Assembly: GCA_964422035.1 (NCBI GenBank) | Contig: CAYQZQ010000001.1 | Location: 249,013 to 313,012, forward strand | Reading direction: 5' to 3' | Source: an uncultured Pseudomonadales bacterium | GTDB lineage: Bacteria > Patescibacteriota > Microgenomatia > UBA1400 > Chazhemtobacteraceae | DNA: 64,000 nt | Shown here: one piece after another, positions 30,269 through 39,133 of the stretch | Numbering within the stretch: the stretch's first letter is position 1 | Layout: each line of letters opens with the position of its first letter | Position numbers and translations under genes: made by a program | Notes under the pieces: generated by a model | What the model was told of the DNA's origin: nothing | The model's database searches: none | Seen by the model: only the letters and a program-made list of their open reading frames with translations

Positions 30269-32149
30269 ATGATTAACGCTATGACATTGATAAGTTACTG
30301 GGTAGTTCTGGGGATCATGGTGGGAGCACAACAACTTATGCCAGTAACTGTTTTTGCTTTCTTAAAGCCCTGGCAGGCTGAAATTTCCTTTAGAGCAGTG
30401 ATGGCATTTTCAATCTGGTTGATTTTTTTAGGCGGGGCATTAGTAGCACTACTTAGGGGGCTTATTAAAACTGTTAGCAGAAAACTTGAGTGGAACAGTA
30501 TTAGAAAAGCAAGTGATGAGTTGGGCTTTGGACTGGCTTTGAGTACAGCAGTGTTTTTGACAATGGGAGTGTTTCTCCTTTCAGTTGAAAAAATTCCGGT
30601 TTTGGAAAAGGAAAAACTTTTAGGAGCAGTGTTGATGAGCAGTTTAGTGTTAATTATTTTGACCACCTTTGTTTTTTACGGAGCATGGAAGTATTACGAG
30701 AAATGGATCGAAAAATATGCCAGGATAACTATCTTGGGCCTAGGTGGTTTAGTAGTTTTGCTAACCACTACTTTGTTTGGAGTTAAGCTTATTGGAGATC
30801 GATGGCCTATTAAGGCAGAAAAGTCAGATAAGCCCAGTGTTATCTGGGTAACAGTAGATGCCTTAAGACATGACAGATTCACATTAGAGTATATGCCACA
30901 AACTTATCAGTGGTTTGAGGAGGAGGGGTATATTTTTGAAAACGCCATGGCTCCTGCCCCCTGGACTGTCCCCTCTTTTGCATCCATGGTTACAGGCGAG
31001 TATCCATCTCAGATGCGAGCGGATCTGCCAATGAATGAACAGGAAAAGAATTTTGAGGTTTTGCCAGAAAAAATTACCATAGCAGAGGAATTTAAGGATC
31101 TGGGGTACAGTACAGCTGCGGTAGTAACCAACGGTTGGCTAAATGAGAGAAGAGGTTTTGATCAGGGGTTTGACTATTTTGTTAATCTGGAAGCGACAAA
31201 TGTCTACGACTGGGGGAAAGTCACTCATGATTCTGGGTTTTATAAATTAAGCGAGGCAATTGGCTGGGAAAATAAATTAAAAAACTGGTACCAGGGCCTG
31301 GTAAGAGTGAGAAGTACTGAATCGGCTTTTGAAATTGACGGTGAAGTGGTGGTGAATGAGGCGCTGAAGGTGAGAGAGCGCTTGCAGGAACCATACTTTT
31401 TATGGATTCACCTGATTGACCCGCACGGACCATACATTCCACCAATTGAGTTTTACCCCAACACAGCTGGTTACACAGGAGATGAGGTTTATAAAGCAGA
31501 ACACATGGTTGACCGGGAAGCCTCTGATAAGCTGCGTGAGCTTACGGTTACTTTTTATGATCAACTGGTCGCCTATACTGATCAACAGCTTTACAGACTG
31601 TTCTCAGAGCTGGAGAAGAGCGATGAGAGCATGGTGATAGTGTTTAACAGCGATCATGGAGAGCAGTTTTGGGAGAATGATGGGGAAATCGGACATGGTC
31701 ACAATTTGTATGCTGAAAATGTTCATGTACCAATGGCAATTGCCACAGATGGAGATTGGGAGTGGAAAGAAGAATCAGAGGACCTGGTGGACTTAAAAGA
31801 GATTAAAAACATCATGCTTTCTATTGCTGAAATTGAAGAGGTAGATTTTTTGGGAGAGGACAAGATGGTGTTTGTGGAGGGCAGAATTGAGGGACCAGGT
31901 CAGCAAGCAGTAATAAATCCTGACACCTGGAAGCTGATCACCAAAAAAGGAGCTGAAGAACTTTACATTTTGCTTTTCGATCCTAAAGAAATGATGAATC
32001 TACGAGCAGTTAGAAGGTATTTGGGCGGGAGACTAAGCGGTCAGATTGAAGACTGGCAGAGCGGTATGCAGCAGAAAAGAAAAGAATACGCCAGAAAGTT
32101 AGAACAAAGACATGGAGGAGAAAGCTTGCCAGATGTGGCAGGTTATTAG
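30269..32149 (+). CDS. Same family, paralog D (most divergent)
   Basis: VIWVTVDALRHDRF, APWTVPSFASMVTGEYP, YFLWIHLIDPHGPYIPP, FNSDHGEQ. Its start is 2 nt after the paralog C stop. The C-terminus ...SLPDVAGY matches the family tail. Confidence 0.7.
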   Translation: MINAMTLISYWVVLGIMVGAQQLMPVTVFAFLKPWQAEISFRAVMAFSIWLIFLGGALVALLRGLIKTVSRKLEWNSIRKASDELGFGLALSTAVFLTMGVFLLSVEKIPVLEKEKLLGAVLMSSLVLIILTTFVFYGAWKYYEKWIEKYARITILGLGGLVVLLTTTLFGVKLIGDRWPIKAEKSDKPSVIWVTVDALRHDRFTLEYMPQTYQWFEEEGYIFENAMAPAPWTVPSFASMVTGEYPSQMRADLPMNEQEKNFEVLPEKITIAEEFKDLGYSTAAVVTNGWLNERRGFDQGFDYFVNLEATNVYDWGKVTHDSGFYKLSEAIGWENKLKNWYQGLVRVRSTESAFEIDGEVVVNEALKVRERLQEPYFLWIHLIDPHGPYIPPIEFYPNTAGYTGDEVYKAEHMVDREASDKLRELTVTFYDQLVAYTDQQLYRLFSELEKSDESMVIVFNSDHGEQFWENDGEIGHGHNLYAENVHVPMAIATDGDWEWKEESEDLVDLKEIKNIMLSIAEIEEVDFLGEDKMVFVEGRIEGPGQQAVINPDTWKLITKKGAEELYILLFDPKEMMNLRAVRRYLGGRLSGQIEDWQSGMQQKRKEYARKLEQRHGGESLPDVAGY

Positions 32150-33384
32150 AGCAGACTTTTTAATTTCCAGCCAGTTAAGACTAAAACGACGGTGTTTGAG
32201 ACAGCTAAAGCTATGGTTGGGGCCATAGGGCCCATGGTGGGAATAAGAATTACTTCAATAATGACCAGTAACCCCACCTGTATAGCGGTAGCAAGAGCGG
32301 TGAAGTTGGGTTTATTGAAAAAGTATATTAATGGATTAGTAGTGATAATGGAAAGCAAAAACGGGATCATGGCTAAGGTCAGATATCTAAACACAGGAAT
32401 GGCCGCAGCATATTGGCTACCAAAGACTGTGTTGACGATGAGAGGAGCCAGCAGGATAGACAAAACCATTAAGACTGAGATTCCTCCGATTAGAAGTGAG
32501 GTCTTTTTAATGTAGGCGGTTACTTGTTTTTTCTTATTAAATGACGAGAAGCGAGGAGCAACCACACTACCAAGAGAGGAAACCAGCAAGGCAAAAAGCA
32601 TGGTGATGCGGGAAGCAGCAGCGTATATGCCCGCCTGATGGTTAGTGCCAAGGGCATTTAGCAGAATTACATCAACACGAGAGATGGCCACACTGAAGCT
32701 TCGCATGATGGCAACCCATTTTGTGAAGTGGAATATTCTTTTCAGGTACTGTTTGGGGAAGATAAAAGAGATGTTGCCCAGCTCTTTGAAAAGACCAATG
32801 CTGGCAGCTAGAGTAACTGAACCAATAATGGATAAGAGAACTATGCGGATGTCTAACGTAAATAAGAAGAACAATAAGCCAACGGGAATTAATTTTCCGA
32901 CAGATTCGATTATTTGAACTATAGCTGAGTACAAGAAATTCTTTTCTGCTTTAAGAAGGTATTGAGCAAACCCACTGATTAGAGCGGCAGAAGTAAGAAT
33001 GGGTAATAAAAGAAAGTGAGTAAGAGTTGAGCCGGGGATTATCTGACTGTGCCAAGGACTAACAACTAGAATTAAGAGAGCTAAGAAAATGGCAATTATT
33101 ATCTGAATCCAGAAAGACAGGGAAACAATAGAGTTCCTGTCTGACTTGTACTTGGGAATAAAATTAACTAAGGCTGAGGATATGCCCATGTCCCCTAAGC
33201 TAGCTAGCAGAATAGCTGTAGAGGTTAAGGCTGACAAGACACCAAACTGGGAGGGAGCCAGACCTCGAGCTACCAGAATGGTAAAGGTAGCGCCAGAGAC
33301 AGCCACTATGCCGTTGCCCATTAAGGTAATAAAGGTATCTTTGGAAGTGTCTGAAAAAACCAGGTGTTTAATTTTGCTGATCAT
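32146..33384 (-). CDS. wzx: Polysaccharide biosynthesis / Wzx-like flippase (MOP superfamily)
   Basis: 412 aa with about 12 TM. The N-terminus FITLMGNGIVAVSGATFTILVARGLAPSQFGV is typical of Polysacc_synt/Wzx proteins. Its stop overlaps the paralog D stop by 4 nt (convergent). Confidence 0.55.
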   Translation of the reverse strand: MISKIKHLVFSDTSKDTFITLMGNGIVAVSGATFTILVARGLAPSQFGVLSALTSTAILLASLGDMGISSALVNFIPKYKSDRNSIVSLSFWIQIIIAIFLALLILVVSPWHSQIIPGSTLTHFLLLPILTSAALISGFAQYLLKAEKNFLYSAIVQIIESVGKLIPVGLLFFLFTLDIRIVLLSIIGSVTLAASIGLFKELGNISFIFPKQYLKRIFHFTKWVAIMRSFSVAISRVDVILLNALGTNHQAGIYAAASRITMLFALLVSSLGSVVAPRFSSFNKKKQVTAYIKKTSLLIGGISVLMVLSILLAPLIVNTVFGSQYAAAIPVFRYLTLAMIPFLLSIITTNPLIYFFNKPNFTALATAIQVGLLVIIEVILIPTMGPMAPTIALAVSNTVVLVLTGWKLKSLL

Positions 33385-34954
33385 TGCTGACTAGAATTGT
33401 ACCGATAAATTCACGATTTTCGTAGATTTGACCGGGATTAATTTCAAATGTAGTTAAAACTTGATAATTTTCTGAGAGAAACTCATTTTCAATATTTTTA
33501 GGGCTGTAAACCACCTCACTCCACTCCCCTAGTGCAAAATCTGCATCGTGCTCTTTGTAGTTGGTAATAACTATGTAATCTACTTTATTTTGGAATCCCT
33601 CAAGCATATCTGGCTTAATAGGAAACCACATAGTAGTTAAGCCTTCATACCAAGCTGCCCAAGCGTCTAGGTTGGTGATTATCAAATGATCTTTAGGAAT
33701 GTGCTGAGCCATAATGCGAGAGATTTCACGATAAACGGGCGGTTTATTAGTGTTATATTTTTGAGCTCTGAAGCGAGCATCTATAGTGAAGTGCCCTATT
33801 GATGGCAGGAGAATGAAAAATACAACAACAGATAAAGCCAGATTGGAAAACTTGAGATTTGCTTTTTTGATGATCTGGACTAAAGAAATAGATGCAGAGA
33901 TAAAAACCAGTGGCATAGCTGGATGGATATAGCGGGCGTTAGGTAAGGTAAGAGCCGAGGAGAGAATAAATAAGGATAGAGTGATAAGAGTAAAGAGGTT
34001 AAATTTTTTGATTTTAGCAGGCAAATTTCTTAGGAAAAAGCCTAAGATGAAGAAGATAAAGATGCCGGCAGGGGCTAAGCGAGAAGGGTCTTTAAGGAAA
34101 TTGTAAGTGTTGTAAAAAAGTTTAGAAGCTGTTTGAAATAGGGAAGTTGATGAGTAGCCACCACCTCGAATGAAGGTTCCTGGATTTAGAGACGGAAGAA
34201 TGTTTATAGACCCTAAATGAGAGGTAAAAACAGACAAAAAACCAAGCGCTCTGAGAAGGAAAAAGATAACCGCAATGCCGATGAGACGAGGAGCTAAATA
34301 ATTGAACTGTTTGCGTTTGGATTGTTTGGTTTTGGCTAAGATGAGTAGTAAGTAGAGGCTAAAGGCTAAATAAATTATGATTGCTTGAGGGCGAGTAAAA
34401 TACATTAATATCAGGGGGATAAAGCCAAGATATTTATATCTAGATTTGACGATAATAAATAGATAGACAGATAATAAGATTTCAAGTGTAAAGATAATCT
34501 CTGTAGAAAAATTCAAAGAATATTCAAAGAAAAAGAGATTGGTAAGGAGAAGCAAGCAAGCAATGATAGCTGATTTCAGGTGAGAAATCTTTTTAGTGAT
34601 TTTGAAAACAATAACAGCTGAGATGAGCAAAACAAAGAAACCTGTCAAAGCTACCGAGGTGTCAGAGGCGGGGAAAATTCTAAAGACTAAGTTGAGAATA
34701 ATACTGATTAGGGGCCTGAAGTTGCTGGAAAAACCGCCTCCCGTATATTCGGCTAGAACAACAGGGTTAAAAAAACTGTGGTTGATGGCTAATATACCTT
34801 TATTGAGTAAATTGTTGGCAGCTTGGGCATATTTAGCAGAATCAGAAAATGATAGATAGAAGCTCATATGCTTAATTGTACCTGAAAGAATGATCTTGTT
34901 TAATTCTTCCAGCACACTAGTATAATTTGTACTTATGATAGGAAGTGTTGTCAC
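33368..34954 (-). CDS. GT-C fold glycosyltransferase candidate (ArnT/GT39-like, degenerate DE motif)
   Basis: 528 aa, polytopic. SFSDSAKYAQAANNLLNKG resembles the (D-E..Y.A..A.NM) first-loop motif of ArnT-like enzymes, with D-S in place of D-E. The start is uncertain; an alternative M lies at MSFYLSF. Confidence 0.45.
   Translation of the reverse strand: MTTLPIISTNYTSVLEELNKIILSGTIKHMSFYLSFSDSAKYAQAANNLLNKGILAINHSFFNPVVLAEYTGGGFSSNFRPLISIILNLVFRIFPASDTSVALTGFFVLLISAVIVFKITKKISHLKSAIIACLLLLTNLFFFEYSLNFSTEIIFTLEILLSVYLFIIVKSRYKYLGFIPLILMYFTRPQAIIIYLAFSLYLLLILAKTKQSKRKQFNYLAPRLIGIAVIFFLLRALGFLSVFTSHLGSINILPSLNPGTFIRGGGYSSTSLFQTASKLFYNTYNFLKDPSRLAPAGIFIFFILGFFLRNLPAKIKKFNLFTLITLSLFILSSALTLPNARYIHPAMPLVFISASISLVQIIKKANLKFSNLALSVVVFFILLPSIGHFTIDARFRAQKYNTNKPPVYREISRIMAQHIPKDHLIITNLDAWAAWYEGLTTMWFPIKPDMLEGFQNKVDYIVITNYKEHDADFALGEWSEVVYSPKNIENEFLSENYQVLTTFEINPGQIYENREFIGTILVSNDQQN
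34896..34926 (+). promoter_or_regulatory. Candidate sigma70-type promoter (TTGTTT ...19 nt... TATAAT) 8 nt upstream of the ATG at 34935
   Basis: A perfect TATAAT hexamer sits at 34921..34926 and a TTGTTT at 34896..34901. This implies a very short leader for the plus-strand membrane-protein gene. Confidence 0.3.
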
Positions 34955-37088
34955 AGTTTTGGCGTTTCTAATCCTGAGTTATTGTATATATAAACTCTTT
35001 GAATACTTAGTGGATTGGGACAAAGTGACATTACTCCTTTTGTCTTTTGTCCTGGGCCCAATGGTTTTGGGGTGGTTTTTATTTGAATTAATATTGTTGG
35101 TGCCAGGACAAAGAACTTATTTTTATCCAATCGTAGTTTTATCTTTATCTGTAATACTTTTTTTAATTAAACCAGTTAAGGAAGTAGTTTTTGATTTTAA
35201 AAAAGCATTAGAAAAGGTGTTAGAAATAATCAGAAGCTTTTCTAATATGGACAAGGATGTGATGTGCTTAACCGTATTGATTCTATGTATCTTGGTGGGG
35301 ATTATGACTTTAGTTGTTTTTTGGCCTCCCTCGTGGAGTGACCAGCTGACATACATCTTACAAGCGAAAGGGGTGGTGATAAATCGAAACTTATCGGTAT
35401 TTGGCAAGCTTCAACAGTTCAGATTTTCTGGTTCATGGTTCAGTAATAATACAATGGTTAGACCCGGACTAACAATGGTTTATGCGTTTTATTTTTTTTG
35501 TAAACCAAGCTTTTTATACCTAGGCCATATCGTCAATTTTGTCGCTACATACTACTGGATAATTATGGTGGCAACTGCGTTTTACGTGTCTTACAGAAGG
35601 AGGGGTGTCGAGGTTGGATTGCTAACAGTATTATTGACCATCACTGTGCCCTATCTAAACAAATTTTTGATTATGGGATCAAAAGAACTAATATTGATTC
35701 CGCTTATTCTGCTGTTGATAGACCTAATCTCATCATCAGATGCGGCGTATACCAATATAGAGATGTTGGTTTTCGGATTGATTCTGGGATTTATGAGTAT
35801 GATTAATTTTAGTGGTGTTATCATGGCTTCGATAATTGGAATATTGGCATTGATATTCAGGAGACGGAGTAAAACTTTGATTGGCTCTCTGCTACTACTT
35901 ATAGGAGTTTGCCTGATTGCCCATTTTGAGATCAGCTTCTTTTTAAACTGGCTGGACATAGACTGGTTTAGTATAGATTTGAGCAATCTTTCTAACGGAG
36001 CAAGAAAAATTTCATTAATAAAAGATATTGTGACAACGAAAGATACTATTGGGAGCGAACTAGCACAAACCGAGTTACCAGGATATGGTATCGCCAATAA
36101 GTTGCAGATATTTACCAATGGTAAATTGCAAGCATTTACTCATATTCATCACTATGGATTGTTATTTTGGGGGTTTTTAATTACAAGTGCTTTAAATTTC
36201 AAAAAGATTGTAAAGAACAGGTTTCTGAAGATCAACATGATTTGGATCATAGTCTATTATGTGTTGATAATAGATCTGTTTAACTTGAATCCGCACCCTA
36301 GAGCATATGTGTTAACCATTAATCCTAAATATCATATGATGATTGCTCCATCGATGGCAGTAATGTTAGCTAGCTTAATGTCAGAATCTGGAATAATTTC
36401 CAATAATAAAGCGCAAAGATTGTGGAAATTTACGGGCATTACAGTAGGTGTGTTGTCTTTATTAATATTCATCTATCCCAAGTTTTTTATTCATTTGTTA
36501 GGCAAGGTATGGGGACGGGTGTTACCTTTAACATTAAGCGCAATATATTACACTGATAAATTGAGAGTGGTGGGAGGTGCCTTGATAGTTGGTTTTGTAG
36601 TTGTTAAGTTATTATCTTTTTTGTGGAAGGATAGTAAAAATAAAAACGCTCTGAGGAAATGCTTAATATATTGGATGGTTTTTGTGGTGCCATTTTTATC
36701 TTATTTTGGCACAGAGTACCAATTTGATATCTATAAACATCTTTTTGGAGCTCCAATTGAGAAAGCTGAAGCATTTAGTAAAGGAAATCGCAATTTTTTC
36801 CCGATAATTAAATTTTTAAACAAAGAGTCTAAATATGAAAACAGTTTGATAATTACTAGCTCTGGTCATTATCCTAAGATGCTGTTCTATCTTGATAAAC
36901 ATAAATACTCTGTTGCCAGGTGGTCAAAAATGAATGCATTTCAAAAGGAGATACAAAAGAATAAATCAATTATTTTGGTGTGGCCTGCCGGCAAGGTTAA
37001 TAACATGCTAGAACGATTTAGTGGTAGCAGCAAACTTATATATGAGCGGAATGGATTAGTTGTATATTATATATATGAAGATGAGTAG
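34935..37088 (+). CDS. Large polytopic membrane protein (about 14 or more TM), unknown function
   Basis: 717 aa and hydrophobic throughout, with short loops. It sits inside the glycan locus. No catalytic motif recognised. Confidence 0.5.
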   Translation: MIGSVVTVLAFLILSYCIYKLFEYLVDWDKVTLLLLSFVLGPMVLGWFLFELILLVPGQRTYFYPIVVLSLSVILFLIKPVKEVVFDFKKALEKVLEIIRSFSNMDKDVMCLTVLILCILVGIMTLVVFWPPSWSDQLTYILQAKGVVINRNLSVFGKLQQFRFSGSWFSNNTMVRPGLTMVYAFYFFCKPSFLYLGHIVNFVATYYWIIMVATAFYVSYRRRGVEVGLLTVLLTITVPYLNKFLIMGSKELILIPLILLLIDLISSSDAAYTNIEMLVFGLILGFMSMINFSGVIMASIIGILALIFRRRSKTLIGSLLLLIGVCLIAHFEISFFLNWLDIDWFSIDLSNLSNGARKISLIKDIVTTKDTIGSELAQTELPGYGIANKLQIFTNGKLQAFTHIHHYGLLFWGFLITSALNFKKIVKNRFLKINMIWIIVYYVLIIDLFNLNPHPRAYVLTINPKYHMMIAPSMAVMLASLMSESGIISNNKAQRLWKFTGITVGVLSLLIFIYPKFFIHLLGKVWGRVLPLTLSAIYYTDKLRVVGGALIVGFVVVKLLSFLWKDSKNKNALRKCLIYWMVFVVPFLSYFGTEYQFDIYKHLFGAPIEKAEAFSKGNRNFFPIIKFLNKESKYENSLIITSSGHYPKMLFYLDKHKYSVARWSKMNAFQKEIQKNKSIILVWPAGKVNNMLERFSGSSKLIYERNGLVVYYIYEDE

Positions 37089-37875
37089 CTCAGATCCTTT
37101 TTTTTCAGTCATTACCTGTACGAAGAATGTGGGTCGGCATTTAAAAGAAAATATTGACTCCGTAAAGAATCAGGACTTTAATAATTATGAACATCTGTTT
37201 GTAGATGGTTATTCAACTGATAATACTGAAGCTTTGATTAAAAAATACATGAAGAAGGGCAGCCGAGTGCGCTTAGTTTCAAGGAAACCCGAAGGGATCT
37301 CCAGGGCCATGAACGAAGGTATCAGAGTTAGTCGAGGAAGATACTTAATCCATCTACACGGGGATGATCGTTTGTCTGACGACCAAACGTTAATGCGGTT
37401 GCATAATTTCTTGATTAGTAGCCCAAGACTGGATTGGTTATATGGCAAGATAAAGGTAATTGAGAAAGATGAAAGAATAATAGGTAGTTTTCCGGAAAAT
37501 AGATTGCTTCAGCTTGGTTCTCAGAATTGTCTTACCTATCAATTATTGAAATTTTATAATTTTATACCTCATCAGGCAGTGGTGATAAAAAGAAAAGTGT
37601 TTCAAAGATTTGACATGTTTGATGAGTCACTTAGTTCAAAGATGGATTATGATCTATGGCTAAGGATAGCAAAAAATACAAACTGGTCTTTCTTTGACAG
37701 TTATATTAGTAATTTTATGATCAGGGCAGGGGCCCAATCATCTTCGATCGACAAGAAAAAAGAGAACTGGAAGAATTTAAATACAGTGCAGAAAAGGTAT
37801 CTTAATATTGTTGAATTGTGTTTTGCACGATTGATGAACAAGGCGCTGTATTTTTTTGCTAGGAACACTAGATAG
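37060..37875 (+). CDS. GT2-family glycosyltransferase
   Basis: FFSVITCTKNVGRHLKENIDSV...FVDGYSTDNTEALI. Confidence 0.8.
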   Translation: MYIIYMKMSSSDPFFSVITCTKNVGRHLKENIDSVKNQDFNNYEHLFVDGYSTDNTEALIKKYMKKGSRVRLVSRKPEGISRAMNEGIRVSRGRYLIHLHGDDRLSDDQTLMRLHNFLISSPRLDWLYGKIKVIEKDERIIGSFPENRLLQLGSQNCLTYQLLKFYNFIPHQAVVIKRKVFQRFDMFDESLSSKMDYDLWLRIAKNTNWSFFDSYISNFMIRAGAQSSSIDKKKENWKNLNTVQKRYLNIVELCFARLMNKALYFFARNTR

Positions 37876-37922
37876 TAATGGGTGGAGTGATTGCAGTTAA
37901 TTTTGTAAGTAAATCTTTGTAC

Positions 37923-38993
37923 TTATTTGATTAAAGAGCGGTAAACTTCGTATGTTTTTTCTGATGTCTTACGCCAAGTAAATTTTTTTATTCTTTTTCT
38001 ACCTTTCTTGATTTGAGATATTTGGTTGTTTTTTAGATTACCGATGTAATCTTGGACCGTTGATCGCATGCTTTGTATCGAATAGGGGTCAAAATATATT
38101 CCTGCATTGCCTGCTACTTCGGGGGGAGAGGATGTATTACTAGTAATTACTGGGCAGTCACAACCCATTGCCTCAACTATTGGTAGACCGAAACCTTCGT
38201 ATAGAGAGGGGTAAATAACCGCCAGCGATTTTGAGTATATGAAGGCCAGTTGATTGTCAGTAGCTGATCGTTGAGATACTAATCGAATAACTTGGTGTCT
38301 GTCTAATAACTTTTTTTCTTGCTTGGTAAATTTCCCTCCTCCTACACACAGAAGATTTATCTTGCTTTGCATTAATATTGGACTTATGGCCTTGATCAGA
38401 TTATCAAAGTTTTTATATGAGTTACGCGCTCCGACAAACGTGAAGTAATTATCAGGTACGTTGGTTTCTATTTTATTTTTTAGACTGATGGATGACGCCA
38501 AGTGAATAGTTTTAATTAATTCTGGCTTTATCTTGTAATAGTTTACTAGATCTTTTTTTGTATTCCTTGAAATAGATATTATTACCTTGGCATTTTGAAT
38601 CACCATCTTCTTTTTTTGGGAAGTATCGTCATAAAATGGGAATTTTTTTGGAAAAAGTTCGTGAACCAAGTCAAAAACTGTTAGGACATAAGGGATTTTG
38701 AGCTCAAGTACATATGGATCATAATAAGTGGGGTGGATTAAGTTAATATTTTCTTTCTGAATATGCCTTCTGGTTGAGATTACATTTCTTTTGTGTATTC
38801 TTTTTCTATTAGTTAGATTGCTGATTTTATGAAGTGGATTGTGTGTGTACGTTTGGTGGTATTTATACGGGCAATATATTTGTGTATCGATGTCTGGAGC
38901 ATAATGGGAAAATTTGTTTAGATTGATAAAGTAGCGCTTAATGCCTCGAATTCCTGGTGCTTGGAACTTTTGAAAATCGTAGAGTACTTTCAC
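37923..38993 (-). CDS. GT4-family glycosyltransferase
   Basis: EGFGLPIVEAMGCDCPVITSNTSSPPEVAGNAGIYFDP. Confidence 0.8.
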   Translation of the reverse strand: MKVLYDFQKFQAPGIRGIKRYFINLNKFSHYAPDIDTQIYCPYKYHQTYTHNPLHKISNLTNRKRIHKRNVISTRRHIQKENINLIHPTYYDPYVLELKIPYVLTVFDLVHELFPKKFPFYDDTSQKKKMVIQNAKVIISISRNTKKDLVNYYKIKPELIKTIHLASSISLKNKIETNVPDNYFTFVGARNSYKNFDNLIKAISPILMQSKINLLCVGGGKFTKQEKKLLDRHQVIRLVSQRSATDNQLAFIYSKSLAVIYPSLYEGFGLPIVEAMGCDCPVITSNTSSPPEVAGNAGIYFDPYSIQSMRSTVQDYIGNLKNNQISQIKKGRKRIKKFTWRKTSEKTYEVYRSLIK

Positions 38994-39133
38994 GTTTTAT
39001 TAGAAAATAATTTTCATTATGCAGCTATTTTTGTTTTATTCAGTGTATAAGGAGAATTATAATGTATTAATGAGTTTGCTTACTTGGTCGACCATATTTT
39101 TTGATTTAGAAATAATTCTAATTCAGGCCTTGA

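Larger units (their letters stand above)
24460..32149 (+). repeat. Head-to-tail tandem array of four paralogous genes (gene-level duplication; patchy nucleotide similarity including a conserved taactgatATG start context and near-identical 3' ends in A and B)
   Basis: Protein motifs are collinear across all four paralogs. The start context gtaactgatatg (A), ttaactgatatg (B), gtaactgatatg (C) and actgaatatg (D) is conserved. The A and B 3' ends read ...gatcttatgctagagggagctgctggttattaa and ...gatcttatgcttgaaggagctgcaggttattaa. Confidence 0.8.

Noticed and set aside
24460-32149. Interpreting the four paralogs as classical (type I, formylglycine) sulfatases.
   Set aside because: The CxPxR/SxPxR FGly motif position reads W-T-x-P-S-F in all four, with no Cys or Ser and no Arg. 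A Thr nucleophile points to phosphotransferases of the same fold (LtaS/EptA/OpgB-like) instead.
24460-32149. A CRISPR array or other short DNA repeat array explaining the repetitiveness of this block.
   Set aside because: The repetition is at gene scale (about 1.9 kb units) with diverged coding sequence. There are no short direct repeats with spacers.
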